A stretch of 64,000 nt of DNA, taken from assembly GCF_009914755.1 (NCBI RefSeq), contig NC_060927.1. One strand, written 5' to 3'. This DNA comes from the human T2T-CHM13v2.0 reference genome, Homo sapiens. The translations under genes were made by a program, and so were the position numbers. Positions 39,302 to 55,169 of the stretch are shown piece after piece; the stretch's first letter is position 1, and each line of letters starts with the position of its first letter. The notes below the pieces were generated by a model. The model was not told the DNA's origin, searched no databases, and worked only from the letters and a program-made list of their open reading frames with translations.

Positions 39302-42300
39302 GACCACAGCAGCCAAGATGGCCAAATAGAAACAGCTCTGCTCTTCAGCTCCTACCGAGAAGGATGAAAATGGCAAGTGAAGATACCAAGGTTCAATTGA
39401 GATACCAAGGTTCTCTCATTGGGACTGACTAGATGGTTGGCGTGACCCACGGAGAGTGAGGAAAAGCAGGGTGGAGCAAGGGCCCAACCAGGAGCTGTAT
39501 GGAGCAAAGGGAGCTCTTCCTCCAGCCAAGGAAGGCAGTGAGAGACTGTGTTACCCCTCCCTGAAAAACCACACTTTTCCCACAGATGCCTTCAATCCAC
39601 AGATCAAGAGGTCTCCTCATGACCTCATGCCACCAGGGCCTTGGGTCCCAAGCACACAGCTGTGCAGACTCACAGCAGCTGCTCAGGTGGGCGGCCACTT
39701 GAGCAGGCACTGAGACACAGGAGTATTTGCATACTCCAGCTCTGGGAACTCTGGTGAGGCATGAGATCCATCCACTTCTGTGGGAAGGGGGCTAAAGCCA
39801 GGGAGCCAAGCGGCCTCACTCTCATGGAACCCCACAAGCTAAAACCCACTGGCTTGGAATCCCTGCTGGCCAGCGCAGCAGGCTGGAGACTGCCTAACAA
39901 GAGCGAGTTTGGCGGCGGGGAGGGGTGGCTGCCACTACTGCAGCTCCAGTAGGCCTTTTTCCCCTGCCACCAGTGCCAGCAAGACTGGGCAGTTTGGACT
40001 GGGAGCAGTTACCCACAGTGCAGCACAGCGGCTGGGTCAGTTTGTGGCCAGACTGCTTCTTTAAGTGGAACCCCAATCCACTCTTCCTCATGCACCAGGG
40101 CCTCCCTGTGATAATTTCAGCATCCCTAACCATGAGTTTATGAAAAGAACTATGATATCCCTGAGAGGATCCCCTAGGAGAAGGGGCGGCTATGGTATCA
40201 TGGATCAATGAATGGTTTCAGTCTTTTCTGCCTGCTGGCTCTGGAGAGTCAGGGAAGCCCAGACAAGTGGGATTCCTCCCAGTGCAGCACACCCACTCTG
40301 CCAAGGGGCAGCCAGACTCTTATTTAAGTGTGTCCCTGATCCTGCTTCTGCTCCTCCTGACTGGGTAAGACTTCCCAACAGAAGTCTCCAGACACCTCAT
40401 ACATAAGCATTCAGGCCAGCATCAGGTCAGTGCCCCTCCAGGACAGAGCTCCCAGAGGAAGGAGCAGGCTGCCATCGTTGCTTGTCTGCAGCCTCCACTG
40501 GTGCAGACAAGCAAAGTGCTTCAGGGGCAGGAGGGAACCAGGCAAATAGGGTCTGGAGTGGACCCCAAACAAACCACAGCAGCCCTACAGAAGAGGGGCC
40601 CGACTGGTAACAAAAAAACAAACAGAAAGCAACAACATCAACAACAAAGATCCCCAAAAACCCCATCCAAAGCTCAGCAGCCTCAAAGATCAAAGATAGA
40701 TAAACCCATGAAGATGAGAAAGAATTAATGCAAAAACACTGAAAACTCAAAAAGCCAGAGTACCTCTTCTCCTTTAAGTGATCACAACACATCCCTAGCA
40801 AGGGAACAGAACTGAGCAGAGGTTGAGATGGATGAACTTCAGAAGAAGGGTAATAACGAACTTTGCTAAGCTAAAGGAATATATTCTAACTCATCACAAA
40901 GAAGCTAAGAACCATGATAAAACATTACAGGAGTTGTTAAACAGAATAACAAATTTAGAGAGGAACATAAATAACATGATGGAGCTGAAAAACACAACAT
41001 GAAAACTTCAAAATGCAAACACAAGTAGCAATAGCCGAACAGACCAAGCAGAAGAGATATCAGAGCCTGAAGACTATCTTTCTGAAATAAGGCAGGCAAA
41101 CAACATTAGAGAAAAAAGAATGAAGGAATGAACAAAACCTCTGAGAACTATGGGATTATGTTAAAAGACTGAACCTGTGACTGATGGGGTCCCTGAAAAA
41201 GACATGAAAAACAGAACCAAGTTGGAAAACACACTTCAAAATATCATCCAGGAGAACTTCCTCAACCTAGCAAGATATGCCAACATTCAAATTCAGGAAG
41301 TTAAGAGAACCCCAATAAGATACTCTACAAGAAGATCAACCCCAAGACACATAATTCATCAAGGTTGAAAAGAAAAAAAAAATGTTAAAGGCAGCGAGAG
41401 AGAAAGGACAGGTCACTTACAAATGGAAGCCCATTAGACTAACAGCAGATCTCTAAGCAGAAACCAGCACAAGCCAGAGAGATTGTGGGACAATATTCAA
41501 CATTCTTGAAGAAAAGAATTTCCAATGTAGAATTTTATATCCCACCAGACTAAGCTTCATTATGAAGCTTCATTTATGAAGCTTCATAAATTACAATCTT
41601 TTCCAGACAAGCAAATGCTGAGGGAATTCATCACCACCGGGCCTGCCTTGCAAGACCTCCTGAAGGGAGCACTAAATATGTAAAGGAAAAACCCATACCA
41701 GCCACTAAAAAAACACCCTGAAGTACACAGACTAGTCTGCAAAACAAGCAGCATCATGATGACAGGATCAAATTCACACATAACAATATTAACCTTAAAT
41801 TAAGTGGCCTAAATGCCCCAATTAAAACACACAGAATAGCAAGCTGGATAAAGAGTCAAGATCCATTGGTGTACTGTATTCAAGAGACCTATCTCACATA
41901 CAAAGACACACATAGACTCAAAATAAAAGGGTGGAGGAAAATTACCAAGCAAAAGAAAAACAGAAAAAAGTAGGTGCTGCAATCCTAGTTTCTGACAAAA
42001 CAGACTTTAAACCAACGAAGATAAAAAAGACAAAGAAAGACATTACATAATGCTAAAGGGATCAATTCAACAAGAAGAACTAACTATGCTAAATACATAG
42101 GCACCCAATACAGAAGCACCCAGGTTTATAAAACAAGTTCTTAGAGACCTATAAAGAGACTTAGACTCCCATATGATAATAGCAGGAGACTATAACACCC
42201 CATTGTCAATATGAGACAAATCACTGGGACAGAAAATTTAAAAGGATATTCAAGACTTGAACTCAGCTCTTGATCAAGTGGACCTGAGAGATACCTACAG

Positions 42301-44439
42301 AACCCTCCACTACCAAACAACAGAATATATATTTTTTTTCAGTGCCAATTGGCACTTGCTCTAAAATCAGTCACATAATTGGAAGTAAATTCCTCCTCAG
42401 CAAATGCAAAATAACTGAAATCATAACCAACAGTCTCTCAGACCACAGCATAATCAAATTAGAACTCAAGATTAACAAACTCACTCAAAACCACACAACT
42501 ATATCAAAAATTGAACAACCTGCTCTTGAATGATTCCTGGGTAAATAATGAAATTAAGGCAGAAATCAAGAAGTTCTTTGAAACCAATAAGAACAAAGAT
42601 GCAATGTACCAAAATCTCTCAGACACAGCTAAAGGAGTGTTAAAGAGGGACATTTATAGCAGTAACTGCCCAGAGCAAAAAGCTAGCAAGATCTCAGATC
42701 AACAAAATAACATCAAAACTAAATTCCAGTACACTTAATATCCTCTCAATACTGAACCAGGAAGAAGATGAATCTGTGAATAGAACAATAACAAGTTCTG
42801 AAACTGAGGCAGTAATAAATAGCCTACCAATCGCAAGAGCCCAGCACAAGATAGATTTAAACCTGAATTTTGTCAGAAATACAAAGAGGAGCTGATACCC
42901 TTTCTTCTGAAACTATTCCAAACAATTAAAAAGGAGGGACTCCTCCCTAACTCACTCTATGAAGCCAGCATCATCCTGGTACCAAAACCTGGCAGAGATA
43001 TAACAAAAATGGAACACTTCAGGCCAATAACTCTGATGAATATCGATGCAAAAATCCTCAATAAAATACTGGCGAACCAAATACTGCAGCACATCAAAGA
43101 GCTTATCAACCACAATCAAGTTGGCTTCATCCCTGGGATGCAAGCCTCTTTCAACATATGCAATTTCAATAAACGTAACTTATCACATAAACAGATTCAA
43201 AGACAAAAACCATATGATTATCTCAATTGACACAGAAAAGGTCTTCAATAAAATTCAACATCCTTTAACCTTAAACACTCTCAGTAAACTAAGTATTGAA
43301 GGAACATACCACAAAACAATAAGAACCATTTATGAAAAACCCACAACTAATATACTGAATGGGCAAAAGCTGGAAGCATTTCCCTTGAAAACTGGCACAA
43401 GCCAAGAATGCCCTCTCTCACCACTCCTATTCAACACAGTATTGGAAGTTCTGGCCAGAGCAATCAGGCAAGAGAAAGAAATACATGGTATTCAAATAGG
43501 AAAAGAAAATATCAAAGTATCTTTGTTTGCAGATGACATGATCCTGTATCTAGAAAACCTCACTTTTTCAGCCAAAAGCTTCTTAAGCTGATACGCAACT
43601 TCAGCAAAACCTAAGGATACAAAATCAATGTGCAAAACTCACAAGCATTCCTATACACCAACAACAGGCAAGCAGAGATCCAAATCATGAATGAACTCCC
43701 ATTCCCAATTTCTACAAAGAGAGTAAAATACCTAGCAATAGAGTTGACAAGGGAAATGAAGGACCTCTTCAAGGAGAACTACAAACCACTGCTCAAGTAA
43801 GTCAGAGGGGACACAAACAAATGGAAAAACATTCTATACTCACAGATAGGAAGAATCAATATTGTGAAAATGGCCATAGTGCCCAAGGTAATTTATAGAT
43901 TACTTCCATGTTATTCCCATTAAACTACCATTGACATTCTTCAGAGAATTACAAAAAACTACTTGAAAATTCATATGGAACAAAAATTTTAAAAAGCCTA
44001 TATTGCCAAGACAATCCTAAGCAAAAGGAACAAAGCTAGAGGCATCACGCTACCTGACTTCAAACTATACTATAAGGCTACAATAATAAAAACAGCATGA
44101 TATTGGTACTAAAACATATATATAGACCAATGGAACAGAATAGAACATCTCAGAAATAAGACTGCACATTTGCAACCATCTGATCTTTGACAAACTTGAC
44201 AAAAACAAGCAATGGGGAAAGGATTCCCTATTTAATAAATGATGCTTGGAAAACTGGCTAGCCATATGCAGAAAACTGAAACTGGACCCCTTCCTTACAC
44301 CTTATATCAACATTAACTCAAGATGGATTAAAGACTTAAAGGTAAAATCTAAAACTACAAAAACACTAGAAGAAAATCTAGCAATACCATTCAGGACATA
44401 GGCATGTACAAAGATTTTTTGACAAAAACATCAAAAGCG
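39302..44439 (+). mobile_element. Full-length L1PA10-13-like element, left part (5'UTR, ORF1, most of ORF2)
   Basis: Starts gccaagatggcc (YY1 motif); ~1.4-kb 5'UTR similar to 12127-13370; broken ORF1/ORF2 (FADDMILY in ORF 43046..43591); TSD aaactttaaaaatc at 39288-39301 and 51285-51298. Confidence 0.92.
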
Positions 44440-44935
44440 CTTCCTGCAAGATAGCCAAATAGGAACAGCTCCAGTCTACAGCTCCCAGTGTGAGTGATGC
44501 AGAAGATGGCTGATTTCTGCATTTCCAACTGAGTTTTGAAGAGAGTAATGGTTCTCCCAGCATGCAGCTGGAGATCAGAGAATGGACAGACTACCTCAAG
44601 TGGGTCCCTGATCCCCGAATAGCCTAACTGGGAGGCACCCCCCAGTTGGGGCAGACTGACACCTCACATGGCCAGGTACTCCTCTGAGATAAAACTTCCA
44701 GAGGAACGATCAGGCAACAACATTTGCTGCTCACCAGTATCTGCTGTTATGCAGCCTCCGCTGCTGATACCCAGGCAAACAGGGTCTGGAGTGGACCTCC
44801 AGCAAACTCCAACAGACCTGCAGCTGAGGGTCCTGACTGTTAGAAGCAAAACTAACAAACAGAAAGGATATCCACACCAAAACCCCATCTGTACGTCACC
44901 ATCACCAAAGACCAAAGGAAGATAAAACCACAAAG

Positions 44936-45951
44936 ATCGGGAAAAAACAGAGCAGAAAAACTGGAAAGTCTAAAAATCAGAGCACCTCTCCTCCTCCAAA
45001 GGAACACAGCTCCTCACCAGCAATGGAACAAAGCTGGATGGAGAATGACTTTGACAAGTTGAGAGAAGAAGTCTTCAGATGATCAAACTACTCTGAGCTA
45101 CAGGAGGAAGTTCAAACCCATGGCAAAGAAGTTAAAAACCTTGAAAAAAATTAGATGAATGGCTAACTAGAATAATCAATGCAGAGAAGTCCTTAAAGGG
45201 CCTGATGGAGCTGAAAACCATGACACGAGAACTACGCGACGAATGTACAAGCCTCAGTAGCCGATGCGATCAACTGGAAGAAAGTGTATCAGTGACTGAA
45301 GATCATATGAATGAAATGAAGTGAGAAGAGAAGTTTAGAGAAAAAAGAATAAAAAGAAATGAACAAAGCCTCCAAGAAATATGGAACTATGTGAAAAGAT
45401 GAAATCTACATCTGACTGGTGAACCTGAAAGTGACGGGGAGAATGGAACCAAGTTGGAAAACACTCTGCAGGATATTGTCCAGGAGAACTTCCCCAATCT
45501 AGCAAGGTAGGCCAACATTCAAATTCAGGAAATACAGAGAACGTCACAAAGATACTCCTCGAGAAGAGCAACTCCAAGACACATAATTGTCAGATTCACC
45601 AAAGTTGAAATGAAGGAAAAAATGTTAAAGGCAGCCAGAGAGAAAGGTCAGGTTACCCACAAAGGGAAGCCCATCAGACTAACAGTGGATCTGTCAGCAG
45701 AAACTCTACAAGCCAGAAAAGAGTGGGGGCCAATATTCAACATTCTTAAAGAAAAGAACTTTCAACCCAGAATTTCATATCCAGCCAAACTAAGCTTCAG
45801 AAGTGAAGCAGAAATAAAATCCTTTACAGACAAGCAAATGCTGAGAGATTTTGTCACCACCAGGCCTGCCCTAAAAGAGCTCCTGAAGGAAGCACTAAAC
45901 ATGGAAAGGAACAACTGGTACCAGCCACTGCAAAAACATGCCAAATTGTAA
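44936..45951 (+). pseudogene. L1 ORF1p pseudogene
   Basis: Start ATG mutated to ATC (44936-38), internal stops; C-terminal ORF 45610..45951 MKEKMLKAAREKG...YQPLQKHAKL is ORF1p. Confidence 0.9.
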
Positions 45952-45999
45952 AGACCATCGAGGCTAGGAAGAAACTGCATCAACTAATGAGCAAAATAA

Positions 46000-49937
<3,938 letters not shown>

Positions 49938-50049
49938 TAATGTTAAATGACGAATTAATGGGTGCAGCACACCAACATGGCACATGTATACATATGTAAC
50001 TAGCCTGCACGTTGTGCACATGTACCCTAAAACTTAAAGTATAATTAAA

Positions 50050-51121
50050 AAAAAATGAAAAGCGATTGCAACAAAAGCAAAAATTGATAAATGGGATCCA
50101 ACTAAACTGCCGAGCTTTGCACAGCAAAAGAAACTATCAGAGTGAACAGGCATACTACAGAATGGGAGAACATTTTTGCAATCTATTTATCTGACAAAGG
50201 TCTAATATCTGGAATCTACCAGAAACTTAAATTTAAAAGAAAAAAACAAACAACCCCATTAATAAGTGGGCAAAAGACAAGAACAGACACTTCTCAACAA
50301 AAGGTATTTGTGTGGTCAAGTAACCTATGAGGAAAAGCTCAACATCACTGATCATTAGAGAAATGCAAATCAAAACCACGGTGAGATACCATCTAATGAC
50401 AGTCAGAATGGCAATTATCAAAAAGTCAAGAAACAACAGATGCAGTCAAGGTTGTGGAGAAACAGGAATGCTTTTACACTGTTGGTGGGAATGTAAATGT
50501 ATTCAACCATGTGGAAGACGGTGTGGTGATTCCTCAAAGATCTAGCACAAGAAATACTATTTGACCCAGCAATCCCATTACTGAGAATATACCTAAAGGA
50601 ATAGAAATTATTCTTTTACAAAGATACATACACATGTATGTTCATTGCAGCACTATTCACAATAGCAAAGACATGGAATTAACACAAATGTCCATCAGTG
50701 ATAGACTGGATAAATAAACTGGTACATATACACCATGGAATAATATGCAGACGTAAAAAAGAATGAGATCATGTCCTTTGCAGGGACATGGATGGGACTG
50801 GAAGCCATTATTCTCAGCAAACTAATGCAAGAATAGAAAACCAAACAACACATGTTTTCACTTATAAGTGGGAACTGAATAATGAGAACACATGGACACA
50901 GGGAGGGGAAAAACACACACTGGGGCCTGCTGGAGGTGGGGTGGGGGTAGGGAGAGCATTACAAAAATTAGTTAATGCATGCTGGGCTTAATGCTTAGGT
51001 AATGAGTTAATAGGTGCAGCAATCCCCGATGGCACACTTTTACCTGTGTAACAAACCTGCACATCCTGCATATGTACCCTGGTACTTGAAATAAAAATAA
51101 AAATTAACAAACAAACAAAAA
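50050..51121 (+). mobile_element. L1PA10-13-like element, right part (ORF2 end + 3'UTR + first A tail)
   Basis: Resumes at aaaagcgattgcaacaaaagc; ends gttaatgcatgctgggcttaat...acatcctgcatatgtaccctggtacttgaaataaaaataaaaa. Confidence 0.9.
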
Positions 51122-51284
51122 TAACAAATGTACTGCTTTGGTAGGGGGTGTTGGTAATTTGGAAATCTATATCTATGCATGTGTGAGGAAAATTGTGTAT
51201 GAGAAATGTGTAAACCTTCCCTAAATTTTGTTGTGAACCTAAAGCTGCTCTAAAATATAAAGTCTACTTTAAAAAGAAAAAAAA
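51122..51284 (+). mobile_element. L1MC-type 3' end lying inside the TSD of the L1PA (probable 3' transduction)
   Basis: taacaaatgtactgctttggtagggggtgttggtaat...ttttgttgtgaacctaaagctgctctaaaatataaagtctac plus second poly(A), then TSD. Confidence 0.8.
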
Positions 51285-51380
51285 AAACTTTAAAAATCAC
51301 ATATAAGAAAATGTAGTTCAGTGTATGTTTAAAATAAAATATACCATGATCTAAGTGGTAAGTGTGCAAGTGAGGTTTAT

Positions 51381-51865
51381 TGTTAGACTATTAGGTTCAT
51401 TCAAAATGTATGCCAGCTTCCTTAGGATGAACATGTTGATATCGAAGAGGATGAACTGCTAAAAATCTACATTTTTCACACTCCTCATGGAGAGAGAGGC
51501 AGATATGACATTGTGGATTTGGTTGACAAGACCAACAATTATGGAGGTGGTTCTCTCTTATCCAGACCTCAGCATAAATGGTGATTTCCTTCAGCTATCA
51601 GGTGTGGAAACAGCTCTCTCTGATTCCAAGATTTCCACTAAGGTGGTGTGATATTGAAACTGGCAGCAGTCACAGAGGCTTCCTGATTCTCTGGCTTCCT
51701 GCTATGGCTAAAGGTAGCAGCTGCCTTGATGAGCCAGTTCTGCACAGTTGTTCTAGGAGAGTCTGGAGAGCTAATCTGAAGCTGAACTCCTGGTTTTAAA
51801 GACCTTTCTGCTTAAAATCATCATATTGGTTTTGACTATATGCAGTGGTATTCTGACTAGATATT
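51381..51865 (+). mobile_element. Old ERVL solo LTR (LTR33-like)
   Basis: ggcttcctgattctctggcttcctg...ggtagcagctgccttgatgagccagttctgc...ttctgcttaaaa...ctgactagata. Confidence 0.5.
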
Positions 51866-52886
51866 AATAAAAGAAATTATTGTCTATAAAAATTCTTAAA
51901 ATCATACATTTAGCAAACAAGTATATCTTTGTGTACACTTAAGCAATAGGCAGAATTTTTATAAAGTCACCTCTAAAATTCCAGTGGAGTAAACATATAC
52001 CCACACTCAGATACACTTACAGACACAAGATTTAAATAAATAGAAAGCCATTATACTTGCAGAAGACTTATCATTGTTTATTAATTTAATTACCTAAAAG
52101 TTCTCCTGAATTTTCTGATTGTTTGTAGTAGCATTTTTTAGATTGGAGTTTTACCTTGTTTCTTATGCCCCCAAAATTTTCAGTTAGATCAAATTCTAAC
52201 CTAAAAAATAAGCCACAAAAATACTAAAATTAAGCATGACTGAATTTACATATCATCTTGAAGCAGACAAAGCATTGTATGTAAGACTCAGAATTTACAA
52301 ACTCTAAACTAAAATAATAAATATAGTCACATAAAAACTTTGAACTTAATAACATCACAATCGAAACACAAATGAGAAACTGGACAATAAATATCTTAAC
52401 ATATATTTTACCAGGATTCTATAAAAATCCAAAAAACTAGTAAAATACAATAAATGAGAAAGCATCTTAAATGTGTCACAGCTAAACAAATACAAATAAT
52501 GAAAAAATAAATAAAATATGCTAAAGCATACTCCTAAAGACATTTAAGTGAAAGAAAAAATCAGATACCGGATTTATCGATTTAATTGGCAAAATTTTAA
52601 ATTTGATAATATTAGTACTGGAAAAATTTGTAGAGTTTTGTTTCTTATCTGAGGAAAATAAAAGTTAGTGTCCTTAGATTTAACAACACCAATCTTTTGA
52701 TTTGCACCTAAAAACATTGGCCAAGTTATTTCAACTTGAATGCACAGCAGAGCTTTGATTATTATAACAAACAAACAAAAACCAAGCAGTGCATTCTTCA
52801 CTAGATACTTGTCAAATAAAATATTTTTAAAAATGAAAATAAATATCACAGGAAACTATTTTATAAAAATTAACATATAATAATGG

Positions 52887-55169
52887 TGTTATGGTTTGGC
52901 TGTGTCCCCACCTAAATCTCATCTTGAATTGTAGCTCCCATATTTCCCACATGTTGTGGGAGGGACCCAGTGGGAGACAATTGAATCATGAGGGTGGTTT
53001 CCCTCATACTGTTCTTGTAATCGTGATTAAGTCTCACCAGATGTGATGGTTTTATAAGGGGAAACCCTTTTCACTTTGCTTTTATTCCTCTTTGCCTGCC
53101 ACAATGTAAGACATGCCTTTTGCCTTCCACCACAATTATGAGGCCTCCCTAGCCATGTGGAACTGTCAGTCCATTAAATCTCTTTTTCTTTATAAATTAC
53201 CTAGTCTTGGGTATGTCTTTATCAGCAACAAATTGTACTGGTAGAGTGGGGCACTACTGTAAAGATACCCAAAAATGTGGAAGCAACTTTGGAACTGGGT
53301 AACAGGCAGAGGTTGGAACAGTTTGGAGGGCTCAGAAAAAGAAAGGAAAATGTGGGAAAGTTTACAACTTCCTAGAGACTTGCTGAATGGCTTTGACCAA
53401 AATGCTGATAATGATATGGACAATAAACTTCAGGATAAGACGTTCTCAGGTGGAGATGAGGAACTTGTTGGGAACTGGAGTAAACGTGACTCTTATCATG
53501 TTTTAGCAAAGAGACTGGCGGCATTTTATCCCTGTTCTAGAGATTTGTGAAACTTTGAACTTGGGGGAGATAATTTAGGGCACTTGGCAGAAAAAATTTC
53601 TAAGCAGCAAAGCACGCAAGATGTGCCTTGGGTGCTGTTAAAAGCATTCAGTTTTAAAAGAGATACAGAGCATAAAAGTTTGAAAAATTTGCAGCCTGAT
53701 GATGCAACAGAAAAAAAAATTTTCTGAAGAGAAATTCAAGCCAGCTACATAAATTTGCATAAGTAATAAGGAACCAAATGTTAATCACCAAGACAATGGG
53801 GAAAATGTCTCCAGGGCATGTCATAGACCTTGGTGGCAGCCCTTCCTATCACAGGCACAGAGGCCTATGAGAAAAAAATTATTTCTTGGGCTGGGGGCCA
53901 GAGCCCTCCTGCTGTGTGCAGCCTAGGAACTTGGTGCCCTGAGTCTCAGCCACTCTAGCCATGGCTAAAATGAGCCAAGGTACAAGGTACAGCTCAGGCC
54001 AGGGACTCAGAGAGTGCCAGCCCCAAGCCTTGGCAGCTTCCAAATGATGTTGAGCCTGTGAGTTCACAGAAGTCAAGAATTCAGGTTTGTGAACATCCAC
54101 CTGGATTTCAGAGGGTGTACAGAAATACCTGGGTTTTCAGGCAGAAGTGTATGGCAGGGGCAGGACCCTCATGGTAAACCTCCGCTTAGAGCAGTGTGGA
54201 AGGAAAATGTGGGGTTGATGTCCCCCACAGAGTTCCCACTGGGCACTGCCTAGTGAAGCTGTGAGAAGAGTGCCACCATCCTCCAGATTCCAGAATGGTA
54301 GATTCACTGACAGCTTGATCCGTATACCTCGAAAAGCTGCAGGCACTTAATACCAGCCTGTGAAAGCAGCCAGGAGGGAGGCTGTACCCTGCAAAGCCAC
54401 AATGGTGGAGTTTCCCAAGACTATGGGAACCCACCTCTTGTATCAGCATGACTTGGATGTGAAACATGGAGTCAAAGGAGGTCATTTTGGAGCCTTAAGA
54501 TTTGACTGCCCTGATGGATTTTGGGCTTACATGGGGCCTGTAAGCCTCTTTGTTTTGACTGATTTCTTCCATTTAGAATGGCTGTATTAACCCAATGCCT
54601 GTACCCTCATTGCATCTAGGAAGTAACTAAGTTGCTTTTGATTTTACAAGCTCATAGACAGAAGGGACTTGCCTTGTCTCAGATGAGACTTTGGACTGGA
54701 CTTTTGAGCTAATGCTGAAATGAGTTAAGATTTTGAGGGACTGTTGGGAAGGCATGATTGGTTTTGAAATGTGATAATGTGAGATTTGGGAGGGACCAGG
54801 GGCAGAATGATATGGTTTGACCATGTCCCCACTCAAATCTCATCTTGAATTATAGCTCCCATAATTTCCACATGTTGTGGGAGGGACCCACTGGGAGATA
54901 ATTGAATCTGGGGGTGGTTTCCGCCATACTGTTCTCATGGTAGTGAGTAAGTCTCACAAGATCTAATGGTTTTATAAAAGGAAACCCCTTTCACTTGTCT
55001 CTCATTTCCTCTTTGCCTGCCACCATGTAAGACATGACTTTTGCCTTCCACCATGTTTGTGAGGCCTCCTCAGCCACATGAACTTTGAGTCCAATGAAAC
55101 TCTTTTTTTTTGATAAATTACACAGTCTCAGGTATGTCTTTATCTGCAGCATGAAAATGAACTAATGCA
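52887..55169 (+). mobile_element. THE1 (THE1C-like) MaLR provirus: 5' LTR 52887-~53230, internal region, 3' LTR 54808-55169
   Basis: Two homologous ~350-bp LTRs starting tg(t/a)tatggtttg; purine tract gagatttgggagggaccaggggcagaa before the 3' LTR; degraded THE1-int ORF (53275..53550). Confidence 0.93.

Noticed and set aside
53275-54590. THE1-internal ORFs as a coding gene
   Set aside because: Fragmented remnants of the MaLR internal ORF.
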